Assembly (NCBI GenBank): GCA_964634305.1
Contig: CAZWLE010000005.1
Location: forward strand, 1-63,126
Source of the DNA: an uncultured Candidatus Saccharibacteria bacterium
Lineage (GTDB): Bacteria; Patescibacteriota; Minisyncoccia; Phycocordibacterales; Phycocordibacteraceae
Direction: 5' to 3'
Length of the DNA stretch: 63,126 nucleotides
Shown here: positions 30,928-39,533 of the stretch, piece after piece
Layout of the letters: every line of letters starts with the position of its first letter
Position numbering within the stretch: the stretch's first letter is position 1
Made by a program: the position numbers and the translations under genes
Notes under the pieces: model-generated
What the model was told of the DNA's origin: nothing
What the model saw: the letters and a program-made list of their open reading frames with translations, nothing else
Database searches by the model: none

Positions 30928-30984
30928 CTTTTGAAAAGGGAAGGGTTTACGGATAGAAAAACAATGGTATAGTGCTCCCGGATG

Positions 30985-31018
30985 TGACACCCGCAGTGGG
31001 TGTCAGATTCGGTTTTTT
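30985..31018 (+). terminator. candidate terminator after nrdB
   Basis: tgacaccc-gcagt-gggtgtca, then gattcgg and a tttttt run. Confidence 0.45.
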
Positions 31019-31032
31019 GACGGAGCTAGCAA

Positions 31033-31254
31033 ATGCATTACGCACCGCTCGTTGTTGCAGCGGCACTGCTCGGTTGGGCTGGTTGGGCGCTTTGGGACGC
31101 GCATAAGCGTGTCCCGGTCTTGAATGAGATTAAGCACCACCGCGACTGGGAGCCGCTCCAGCGGAAGGTTGAGTTGCTCCAGCGGAGCGCATACTTCTGC
31201 GTGCCGTTGGGCCTCGCTGCCGCCGGCTACGGCATCTACCACCTCAACGTCTAG
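31033..31254 (+). CDS. small membrane protein (73 aa)
   Basis: Two hydrophobic helices. GGAG lies about 10 nt upstream. Confidence 0.4.
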   Translation: MHYAPLVVAAALLGWAGWALWDAHKRVPVLNEIKHHRDWEPLQRKVELLQRSAYFCVPLGLAAAGYGIYHLNV

Positions 31255-31324
31255 GAGGTTCTGCTCGACAAAAAAACCGAAAGCGCTCGCCGAACCCTTA
31301 GGGGTGGTGCGGGCGTTTTCTCGT

Positions 31325-33367
31325 TTACCCGAACGGAATGGCACGTTTGAGGTCAGAAAGACCTACAGGCTTAGTGAGATAGTCATCAAAGCCTGCGTCC
31401 CGTACCTTTTGATGATTGTCTTCGATACCGTAACCGGTAAGGGCAATGAGCGTGCCTGCATACCCGTCTTCACGAATGGCTCGCGCTACTTTGTAGCCAT
31501 CGAGGTCAGGAAGACCAATATCAAGGAGAATAACGTCGGGATTCGTTTCTTTTGCACGGTCTATAGCCTGCGAACCCTCGTACGCAAAGCTTACGGTGCA
31601 GCCAGAAAGCTCAAGGAGTTTACCAACTCCCCATGCGGCAGCGTCATTGTCGTCAACGATTAGTACTGAGGTACTTCGTTTTTTTGTTGCGGGCTTCTTT
31701 GGTGCTTCCGTGTGTACGTCAGGTGCAGATGTAGTGCTACCCCGAACAAGCGGAAGACGTACGGAAAATTCACTACCCTTACCGCGACCTTCGCTCGTAA
31801 CACTCACTGAACCGTCATGCATTTCGACAAGGCTTTTCACGAGTGCAAGGCCGATACCAATACCTTTGCGCGTGCGTGCGCCTTCCTCTACCTGCTGGAA
31901 CGGTTCAAAAATACGGTCAATCATTAGTGGGTCGATACCAATACCTTGGTCCTTAACGGTTATTTCCGCGCCTGCACCTCCGCGCACTGAGACCGTTATG
32001 GTATGTCCTTCATCGGAGAATTTTGATGCGTTCGTGATGAGGTTTGCTACTACCTGTTCAAGACGGACCGGGTCTGCTTCTACTTCTATGGCGTCTGTAG
32101 AAAGATTGAGAGACAGCTTCTGCTTGCGTTCAGCAAGACGGGGAACGGCAGCACTTGCGGCACGACGTACGAGCTCATTCACATCGAGGCGTTCTTTTTG
32201 TATAGAGAGCTTGTTCTTTGCAACGCGTGACATGTCGAGCATGTCGTCCAAAAGACGCTTAACGACATCCATACGTCCGCGCATCATATCGAGCATTTCC
32301 CTGTGTTTCGGGTCGGTATGTACGCTCCGGAGGAGGTCTATAGAGCTTTCGATAGGGGCAATAGGGTTACGGAGCTCATGGGCAATGACGGCGATAAAGT
32401 CACTTTTAGCGCGGGTTTCGTTCGCGAGCTCATCGCGTGCGGCACGCAGTGTTTCTACCTGGGTGCCAACGAGCTTCAACGCAATGCGACGCTGTTCCTC
32501 AAGTACTACCTGAATGAGAAATACGGTCGCCATAATAATAAGGAATACCTCGGTCTGGAATACCTGGAGGCCAAGCGCTTCGCCGGTGAGGTGTTGGGGA
32601 CCAAAGAAGGTACCAAACAACGCTATACCGGACATAAGAACGAGTCCGAGCGTCATAAAGCGCGGGGTTAACCGCAGCGCTGTCCAAAAGAGAGGTACAA
32701 GGAGAAAGTAGACGAGAGAGATACCAAAGACCTCTGTGACGTCAGTCCAAAACAGGAGATAGGAAAGTGCGGAAAGAAACCCGAGCGTTAACAATATTTC
32801 TGCCCATTGCGTCGGCGTGCGGGTAAAGCGTGACTTTGCAAACCAACGAATGACAAAGGGCGTTACCACAATAAGGCTCATGAGAATTGCGACGTACCAT
32901 GAGACCCAGGTCACTGACGAAAGGGGAATGTCGTAGATGGAGGCATTCAAATGTCGGACGATATTGCCCAGGGTAGGTACAATCGTGGCAGCAACCACAG
33001 ACACCGCGAGAAAACCGAAGATATCTGATGGCTTACGGAACAGCGGGTCCAGGTTCATTTTGCGCAGGCAGTACGCTGCAAAGAGTGCCTGAAGGAGATG
33101 TACGAACGGCATCAGAATGATGTAGACGAGGGACGAGCCGTTCAGAACGTACCCAGCAGCGGCCGCGGCTAGGATGAAGGGCCAGAGGACGTATCCCTCA
33201 AGGAACAGAGCGCCGGCCGCGATGCCGGCAGCGGGAAAGATGAGGCCTGGAGCAGCCGTGAAGGCGGCAGTGATGCGCATCGCAGCAACATATGCCACGA
33301 AGAGAAGGACGCCTGCGCGCCACTGCTTTTTTGTAAGAGGGAGCCAGCTCCGAGTCATATACGCCAT
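31325..33367 (-). CDS. hybrid sensor histidine kinase / response regulator
   Basis: About 300-aa polytopic N-terminal sensor. H-box AVIAHELRNPI. ATPase G-boxes DQGIGI and GIGIGLALV. C-terminal receiver: VLIVDDND, LLDIGLPDLDG, LTGY...K. Confidence 0.88.
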   Translation of the reverse strand: MAYMTRSWLPLTKKQWRAGVLLFVAYVAAMRITAAFTAAPGLIFPAAGIAAGALFLEGYVLWPFILAAAAAGYVLNGSSLVYIILMPFVHLLQALFAAYCLRKMNLDPLFRKPSDIFGFLAVSVVAATIVPTLGNIVRHLNASIYDIPLSSVTWVSWYVAILMSLIVVTPFVIRWFAKSRFTRTPTQWAEILLTLGFLSALSYLLFWTDVTEVFGISLVYFLLVPLFWTALRLTPRFMTLGLVLMSGIALFGTFFGPQHLTGEALGLQVFQTEVFLIIMATVFLIQVVLEEQRRIALKLVGTQVETLRAARDELANETRAKSDFIAVIAHELRNPIAPIESSIDLLRSVHTDPKHREMLDMMRGRMDVVKRLLDDMLDMSRVAKNKLSIQKERLDVNELVRRAASAAVPRLAERKQKLSLNLSTDAIEVEADPVRLEQVVANLITNASKFSDEGHTITVSVRGGAGAEITVKDQGIGIDPLMIDRIFEPFQQVEEGARTRKGIGIGLALVKSLVEMHDGSVSVTSEGRGKGSEFSVRLPLVRGSTTSAPDVHTEAPKKPATKKRSTSVLIVDDNDAAAWGVGKLLELSGCTVSFAYEGSQAIDRAKETNPDVILLDIGLPDLDGYKVARAIREDGYAGTLIALTGYGIEDNHQKVRDAGFDDYLTKPVGLSDLKRAIPFG

Positions 33368-33430
33368 GCCTGTATGCTAAGTAGTAGCACATTATCCTCA
33401 TGAGCACTCCATTAAGGGCCCTTCATCTAG

Positions 33431-33466
33431 ACATGAATGGCCCCGCGTCTGCGGGGCCATTCATGT
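33431..33466. terminator. 16-bp perfect hairpin
   Basis: acatgaatggccccgc-gtct-gcggggccattcatgt, with no U-tract on either side. Confidence 0.5.
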
Positions 33467-33484
33467 TACCGCTTATAGGAGGGG

Positions 33485-33616
33485 TTAGGAGTTTTTACTG
33501 CCGGAATCGGTGCGAGCGGTGTCACTACCCATATCGTTAGTTTTCTGATTGTTCGAGGAGCTGTCCTTTGAGGTATTCGTGCCCTGATTGCCTGAATGGT
33601 TGTCCTGGTTCTTCAT
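33485..33616 (-). CDS. 43-aa hydrophilic ORF (hypothetical)
   Basis: My own translation gives MKNQDNHSGNQGTNTSKDSSSNNQKTNDMGSDTARTDSGSKNS. No clear Shine-Dalgarno. The 16-bp hairpin lies just downstream. Confidence 0.22.
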   Translation of the reverse strand: MKNQDNHSGNQGTNTSKDSSSNNQKTNDMGSDTARTDSGSKNS

Positions 33617-33823
33617 ATATATCGCGAATTAGGCGGTTAACGTGCCCAGGGGACCGGTCCCTGTAGGGGTAGTTAACCAAAAAGGGAGGGAAGATTGGAT
33701 GAACCAGCGCAACGGGGCCAAAAGCCACCTCGACTCCATGAGGTCTTCATACAGTAGGGTCTAAAATATGGGTTATATAAGCCATATTAACTATTGACAT
33801 AAAGACGATACGTGTCATAGGCC

Positions 33824-33853
33824 TTGACAATTTGGACCCCAAAATGGTAGGAT
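33824..33853 (+). promoter_or_regulatory. candidate sigma-70-type promoter for the 3D-domain gene
   Basis: TTGACA, an 18-nt spacer, then TAGGAT, about 33 nt upstream of the ATG at 33887. Confidence 0.3.
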
Positions 33854-33886
33854 AGCCCCTGTAAGGCGGTCCGCCGCGTTACGTTT

Positions 33887-34507
33887 ATGGCAATACTCAA
33901 TATAGCCCTTATGGGGCTTTTCGCTTTTTCGGGGACCGCACAGGCTCCCGTTGAAGCGCCAACCATCGCAATCGAGAGCGAGTTGGAGGCTTCTAACGCC
34001 TCTATCGCTCTCAAGGATGCGACGGTCATGACCCGTCCTCAGGGTCAGACCGAACCCCTTACGGTACTTCTTACGTCGTACAACGCCGTACCGGAGCAGA
34101 CCGACGGTAACCCGACGGTCACTGCGTCTGGCGCTTGGACGAACCCTGAGGTCGTTGCGGCTCGTTCCGTGGACCTTAAGGGAACCCTACCGTTTGGTAC
34201 CGTTGTTGCCATTGAGCGTACGGTTGCGGACTCTGAAAACTGTCACTACGGTGCAGTTGAACACCTCATCGGCTACCGTGTTATTGCCGACTCCATGCAC
34301 TCCCGTAAGCGCATGCAGGTGGACGTCCTCCTCGACCAGAACGATACGGTTGCTATCCGTGGTAAGGAAATCAACCCATCCCTTGCCCTTGGTATGTGTT
34401 CAAACGTAACGGTTCGTGTCATCGGATACATCGACATCGACGAGATGCCGGCAACCCAGGAGGAGCTTCGCCAGATTGTGGAAGGCGGCTCCCTCGCCCT
34501 CCGTTAA
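33887..34507 (+). CDS. 3D-domain (MltA/DPBB-like) cell-wall protein
   Basis: N-terminal hydrophobic signal. LLTSYNAVPEQTDGNPTVTASG...FGTVVAI...MQVDVLLD is typical of 3D domains. Confidence 0.75.
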   Translation: MAILNIALMGLFAFSGTAQAPVEAPTIAIESELEASNASIALKDATVMTRPQGQTEPLTVLLTSYNAVPEQTDGNPTVTASGAWTNPEVVAARSVDLKGTLPFGTVVAIERTVADSENCHYGAVEHLIGYRVIADSMHSRKRMQVDVLLDQNDTVAIRGKEINPSLALGMCSNVTVRVIGYIDIDEMPATQEELRQIVEGGSLALR

Positions 34508-34513
34508 AAAGAC

Positions 34514-34544
34514 AAAACGCCCCGGCCTTGCGCCGGGGCGTTTT
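34514..34544 (+). terminator. intrinsic terminator
   Basis: aaaacgccccggc-cttgc-gccggggcgtttt, a 13-bp stem that includes the A/U tracts. Confidence 0.8.
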
Positions 34545-34641
34545 GCACATGGCCTCGTTGCATGTAGGGCTGATTCCGATAGTATCGGAAACTGTGCAAG
34601 CACTTCGCTTTGCACTCGAAGCTTCCTACAAGGGAGGACGC

Positions 34642-34836
34642 ATGTCTGGAATAAGTCATAACGGTGGTCATCGCGCGTCGAAGACCGGTAAGAAGAATCG
34701 GCTCCCGCTCTCCTCGGCTAATCCAGAGATGAAGCCGCCGACTCGGCGCGAAAAAAGCGCGGCCGCATGGGCGCGTCGCGACACCGAAGACGAGCTGAGG
34801 AGGCCGCGTAAGCCGCTCCCGCTCCCGGCATACTAA
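34642..34836 (+). CDS. 64-aa basic Pro/Arg-rich protein (hypothetical)
   Basis: Strong Shine-Dalgarno, GGGAGGAcgcATG. Product: MSGISHNGGHRASKTGKKNRLPLSS...RKPLPLPAY. The upstream part of the track ORF overlaps the 3D gene and its terminator. Confidence 0.4.
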   Translation: MSGISHNGGHRASKTGKKNRLPLSSANPEMKPPTRREKSAAAWARRDTEDELRRPRKPLPLPAY

Positions 34837-34845
34837 CCAGACAGA

Positions 34846-34874
34846 GAGGGTGCCGCGCTTGTCGCGGCGCCCTC
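34846..34874 (+). terminator. hairpin 10 nt upstream of the purL start (terminator or attenuator)
   Basis: gagggtgccgcg-cttgt-cgcggcgccctc, a 12-bp stem with one G-U pair, followed by gatgttt. Confidence 0.45.
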
Positions 34875-34883
34875 GATGTTTGC

Positions 34884-37829
34884 ATGCTAGAATCCCGTCA
34901 TCATATGGCTCACCGCGTCTCCGTCCTTTCGAGAAGCGATGAAGCGCGTGGGGCTACTATTCTCGCGCAGCACAAAACAATTGGCCTGCGACAGGTGACG
35001 GTTTCAGCCTCCTATGCAACTGACGCAGTACTCTCGGCGGCACAGGTAAAAAAGGCTGCAGCGGTACTCGCAAATCCCGTCATTGATACCGTATCGACGA
35101 CGCGGGTGTTAGGCCCAGTGTCATTTTCATACGCGATAGAAATAGGGTTTCGTCCAGGTGTCACCGATAACGTAGGTAACACTGCCCGCCAGATGATTGA
35201 GGACGCTATAGGTAAGAAACTCAAGGAAGGAACGGCAGTGTACTCTGCATCGTTTGTCTTTCTTGGGGGACGTATCTCTCGTGAAGACGCAGTAGTGGTC
35301 GCTGAAGGACTCCATAATTCGCTGATTCAATACGCACGTATCTACACGTTCAAAGAATGGAAAGGAGGGAAGATTGTTATCACGATTCCTAAAGTGCGCC
35401 TCCCTAAACCATTGAAGGCAGGACCGGTGAATCTTGAGGTATCGGACGAGGAACTGACGAAAATAGGGAAGCAAGGCATCCTTGACGCCGACGGTACTCG
35501 CCGCGGTCCACTCGCACTCTCTCTTGCTGAGCTCCACGCCATACGTGACTATTTCAGAAAAGAGAAACGACTACCGACTGACATTGAACTAGAGAGTTTG
35601 GCACAAACATGGTCAGAGCACTGCAAGCACACTATTTTCAGTGACCCAATGGATGAGATAGCGGACGGTATCTATCGTCGCTATATAAAAGGAGCAACGA
35701 ATCGTATCCGTGCAACGAAGGGTAAGAAGGATTTCTGCGTGTCGGTGTTTAAGGATAACTCTGGCGCGATTGCGTTTAATGACGAGTATCTCGTCACGCA
35801 TAAAATGGAGACGCACAACACGCCATCTACCCTCGACCCGTATGGAGGTGCTATCACCGGTATCGTTGGTGTGAATCGTGATGCACTGGGGTTTGGTCTT
35901 GGCGCAAAACCAATTGCGAACCTCTATGGTTTTTGTGTAGGCGAGCCGTCCGATACGCGTACGCTCTATCGCGACAAAGAACGAACGCGCCCACTTCTTT
36001 CACCAAAGCGTATTCTCGAAGGCGTCGTAAAAGGTATTGAAGCGGGAGGTAATCAAAGCGGTATCCCAACACCCCTTGGGTTTGTGTACGCCGATGATAG
36101 TTACCGCGGTAAGCCACTCGTGTTTGCGGGAACTATTGGCCTCATTCCACGAAAGATAGGGAAGAAGCTCTCGCACAAAAAAGCTGCACAAGCCGGTGAC
36201 CTCATTGTGATGATTGGGGGAAGGGTAGGTGCTGACGGTATTCACGGCGCAACCTTCTCTTCAGAAGCGCTTGCGGCAAACAGTCCGGCAACGGCGGTGC
36301 AAATTGGAGACGCAATCACGCAAAAGAAACTCTCTGACGCTATTGTGCGTGAATTGAGAGATAAGAATCTCTACTCCTCGATAACCGACAACGGTGCTGG
36401 CGGTATCTCGTGTTCAGTAGCTGAAACGGCACAAGAGTGTGGTGGGTGTGAGGTTGATTTGTCGGCAGTGCCCCTTAAATATCCGGGTCTTGCACCATGG
36501 CAAATATGGATTTCTGAATCACAAGAGCGCATGACACTCTCCGTACCAAAAAAGCACTGGAAGGAAATGAAGCGCATTCTCGACAAACATGGTACGGAAG
36601 CGACTGTGATTGGCCGCTTCACCGCCTCTGGTCGCTGTGTCGTGAACTACGGTGGAAAGAAGATTATGGATATTGCGCTCGCATTCCTACACGACGGTCG
36701 TCCGACCAAGCTACTTACGACCAAGAAACCGAAGGTGTCGGTAGCAACGCTTCCTGCGAAGCGTCCTGCTGTTGATGAGTTGCTGCTTACGCTTATGAAG
36801 CGGCCAAATATTGGAAGCTACTCCTTTATTACCGACCAGTATGACCATGAGGTGCAAGGTCGCTCTGTTACTAAACCGCTCCAAGGTGCGGGAAGAGTAA
36901 ACGCTGATGCGGGTGTTATTCGTCCGGTACGCGGCGAGAAAAAAGCAGTCGTGCTTGCTCATGGCTATACGCCCTCTATGAGTGCGCTCGATGCGTACCG
37001 CATGGCGGGAGCAGCGATTGATACGGCGATACGAAACGCCGTCTGTGCCGGTGCGCCGCTCAATCACCTCGCGATTCTCGATAACTTCTGTTGGTCTACC
37101 TCTGACACACCTGAACGTTTGTATCAGCTGAAGGAAGCTGCTCGTGCCTGCTATGACTACGCCGTTGCCTACGGAACGCCGTACATTTCCGGTAAGGACA
37201 GTATGTACAACGACTTTCGTGGATTTGATGCGAAAGGGAACGCTGTGCATGTTGCGGCGATGCCAACATTGCTTGTCTCAGCCATTGGTGTCATGTCAGA
37301 TGGTAAGAATGCGATGACGCTCGATGCAAAACATGCAGGTGACGCGGTGTATCTGCTTGGAGACACTAAAGAAGAATTTGGTGGTAGTGAGTATGCAAAG
37401 GTAGTCGCTAACACCTATGACGCAGGTATCGCGCCAGTCACCGACGCAAAGAAGAACCTGGCACTCTATAAAGCGCTGGAGCGTGCGATAGGGAAGCGGC
37501 TCGTGTCAGCAGCGCTTGGTGTCTCACGTGGTGGCGTTGGGGTTGCTGCGGCAAAGATGGCACTCGCCGGCAATCTTGGTATGAGCCTCACCATTTCCGG
37601 CGACGCACACACGACACTCTTTTCTGAGAGTCAGGGACGAGTGCTCGTTACGGTTCCAAAAGAAAAAGAGAACGCATTTAAGGCAGCAATGAACGGCGTC
37701 TCGTGCAAGCGTCTTGGCGAAGTGACCGAAACAAAAACGCTTGTTCTCAATACTCCTGCCACGATGACCATTCCGCTCACTGCACTAGCGAAAGCGTACC
37801 GTACGCCATTTAACGCCTTTTCCGTATGA
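34884..37829 (+). CDS. purL: phosphoribosylformylglycinamidine synthase subunit PurL with N-terminal tandem PurS-like extension
   Basis: Canonical PurL starts near residue 190 (LAQTWSEHCKHTIF; GAITGIVGVNRD; two AIR-synthase-like repeats). Residues 1-185 are extra. An alternative ATG lies at 34905. Confidence 0.9.
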   Translation: MLESRHHMAHRVSVLSRSDEARGATILAQHKTIGLRQVTVSASYATDAVLSAAQVKKAAAVLANPVIDTVSTTRVLGPVSFSYAIEIGFRPGVTDNVGNTARQMIEDAIGKKLKEGTAVYSASFVFLGGRISREDAVVVAEGLHNSLIQYARIYTFKEWKGGKIVITIPKVRLPKPLKAGPVNLEVSDEELTKIGKQGILDADGTRRGPLALSLAELHAIRDYFRKEKRLPTDIELESLAQTWSEHCKHTIFSDPMDEIADGIYRRYIKGATNRIRATKGKKDFCVSVFKDNSGAIAFNDEYLVTHKMETHNTPSTLDPYGGAITGIVGVNRDALGFGLGAKPIANLYGFCVGEPSDTRTLYRDKERTRPLLSPKRILEGVVKGIEAGGNQSGIPTPLGFVYADDSYRGKPLVFAGTIGLIPRKIGKKLSHKKAAQAGDLIVMIGGRVGADGIHGATFSSEALAANSPATAVQIGDAITQKKLSDAIVRELRDKNLYSSITDNGAGGISCSVAETAQECGGCEVDLSAVPLKYPGLAPWQIWISESQERMTLSVPKKHWKEMKRILDKHGTEATVIGRFTASGRCVVNYGGKKIMDIALAFLHDGRPTKLLTTKKPKVSVATLPAKRPAVDELLLTLMKRPNIGSYSFITDQYDHEVQGRSVTKPLQGAGRVNADAGVIRPVRGEKKAVVLAHGYTPSMSALDAYRMAGAAIDTAIRNAVCAGAPLNHLAILDNFCWSTSDTPERLYQLKEAARACYDYAVAYGTPYISGKDSMYNDFRGFDAKGNAVHVAAMPTLLVSAIGVMSDGKNAMTLDAKHAGDAVYLLGDTKEEFGGSEYAKVVANTYDAGIAPVTDAKKNLALYKALERAIGKRLVSAALGVSRGGVGVAAAKMALAGNLGMSLTISGDAHTTLFSESQGRVLVTVPKEKENAFKAAMNGVSCKRLGEVTETKTLVLNTPATMTIPLTALAKAYRTPFNAFSV

Positions 37830-38593
37830 CCCCTCGCGCACTTATTTTCTCCGGCTACGGTCTCAACTGCGAGGAAGAGACGAAGATAGCGCTTGAGCAT
37901 GCCGGCGCCACAGCGGACATTCTGCATATCGAAGACATTGCGCAGAAACCGAAGCTTCTTAAGAAGTACCAGATAGTAGTGTTCCCTGGCGGCTTCTCAT
38001 ACGGCGACGATACGGGTGCCGGAAAAGCATATGGCGCGCGCGTTCGTCATCATCTTGGCGATGAACTCGAAGCATTCCTTGAACGCGACACGCTCATGGC
38101 TGGTATTTGTAACGGCTTCCAGATTGTGACGGCTGCCGGCATTCTTCCAGGTGCACTCATTGCTAATGATTCTGCACGCTTCACGTGTCGCTGGGTCGAC
38201 CTTGAAGTGAAGGGAACAAGTCCATGGCTTATGGGTATAGACCGACTCTCACTGCCGATTGCACACGGTGAAGGGAAATACGTTGATAGCGAAAAGAATC
38301 TTGATGCGCTTCAGAAAGCGGGAGGTCTTGCACTGGTCTACGTAAAAGGTGAGATGACGGACTATCAGAATCTTCCCTATAACCCAAATGGTGCCATGCG
38401 TGACATTGCGGGTATCACTAATCGAGACGGTCGTGTCTTCGGTCTTATGCCGCATCCCGAGCGCGGCAGTTTCTTTGAACAGCGTCCTGATTGGACCGTG
38501 CAGCGTGAAGCGTATGAACGTGCTGGTAAAAAACCACCGGTGTACGCCGACGGAATAAAGATTTTCAAGAACGCTGTCAAGTATTTCGCATAA
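37826..38593 (+). CDS. purQ: phosphoribosylformylglycinamidine synthase glutaminase subunit
   Basis: Class I GATase: GICNGFQ (Cys) and MPHPER (His/Glu). ATGA overlap with purL. Confidence 0.92.
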   Translation: MTPRALIFSGYGLNCEEETKIALEHAGATADILHIEDIAQKPKLLKKYQIVVFPGGFSYGDDTGAGKAYGARVRHHLGDELEAFLERDTLMAGICNGFQIVTAAGILPGALIANDSARFTCRWVDLEVKGTSPWLMGIDRLSLPIAHGEGKYVDSEKNLDALQKAGGLALVYVKGEMTDYQNLPYNPNGAMRDIAGITNRDGRVFGLMPHPERGSFFEQRPDWTVQREAYERAGKKPPVYADGIKIFKNAVKYFA

Positions 38594-38647
38594 GAAGCGC
38601 ACCTGCTACCCTAAAAGCTTTGAGTTTGCTGGAAACAGGAGGAACTC

Positions 38648-39481
38648 TTGAACAGGGCACTCGAAGTGCGGGTTCGTACCGCACAACTGCTGGCGTTTGA
38701 TTTCGACAAAACGCTTGCGTTGACCCATCTGCCGAGTCCGCGAGGACTCACTGTAGAAACCGCGTACGCTCGTGCGCTGGACCGCATCTGTAATACCACC
38801 AACCTTCTCCAGAAGCTTGGCGGTCTGCAAAATCGCGCGCCCGGCGAAATCGCGTCGGCTGCACTCGCGTTCAATCCGTCGTTCTACGACGACGTGCGTG
38901 CGTACTACGCGGGTGAACATGCCACTCTCGAAGAGGTGGTGCCGCGAGGAAAAGGCGTCTGCCTCACACAAGAAGGCGTGTCGCCGGTTGATTTCTTTAG
39001 CGAGGTGCTCACGCGCGTTAAGCTCGTGCAGCTCATGGAAGAGGTGGGTGTAAGCCCACTGTGGCCGACTCCGGCTGAAGGGGTGTTGGAGCTGCTTCAT
39101 GCATGGGGGGACCGACCATGGGGAATCATTTCCTCAGGGCACGACTCCTTCATCCTGAAGGTGCTGCAGCTATGGCAGGTAGAGCGGTCGCCGCTTCTCT
39201 TGACCGACGACGACATGCGCGCAAGCGTACTTCCGGTGGAAGACAAAACAAAACCCAGCCCTACCATCATGCGCAGCTTCATTGCACGCGCGGGTCGGCA
39301 GAAGATTCGGGTGCTGCCGCGGTCGGTGTTGTTTATCGGTGACGATTTACGTACCGACGGTGGGCTCGCCGCAAACGCTCACACCGGCTTTATCTGGTAC
39401 AACCCAGGTCAAGCCCAAGGCGAGCTTCCGCCACGCGCTGCCCAAATCCAGCACTTCAACGAACTCACTGCATGCCTGTAG
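38648..39481 (+). CDS. HAD-superfamily hydrolase
   Basis: Motif I FDFDKTL (DxDxT), motif II IISSGH, Lys in DKTKPSP, motif IV IGDDLRTD. Confidence 0.65.
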   Translation: MNRALEVRVRTAQLLAFDFDKTLALTHLPSPRGLTVETAYARALDRICNTTNLLQKLGGLQNRAPGEIASAALAFNPSFYDDVRAYYAGEHATLEEVVPRGKGVCLTQEGVSPVDFFSEVLTRVKLVQLMEEVGVSPLWPTPAEGVLELLHAWGDRPWGIISSGHDSFILKVLQLWQVERSPLLLTDDDMRASVLPVEDKTKPSPTIMRSFIARAGRQKIRVLPRSVLFIGDDLRTDGGLAANAHTGFIWYNPGQAQGELPPRAAQIQHFNELTACL

Positions 39482-39533
39482 AGGTGTGCGGAATGGGGGC
39501 GGCTCTTAGGAGCCTGCCCCCATTCTTGTTACT

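Noticed and set aside
31596-32513. 305-aa ORF antisense to the histidine kinase. Similar long antisense ORFs occur in nrdA (25618..26397), purH, purB and hisS.
   Set aside because: Low-complexity Ser/Arg/Ala composition and no start context. Each is fully contained in a gene with strong motifs on the other strand.
34396-34641. First 82 codons of the 146-aa track ORF 34396..34836.
   Set aside because: This part runs through the end of the 3D-domain gene and across its strong terminator. Only the last 64 codons, which have a consensus Shine-Dalgarno, are plausible.
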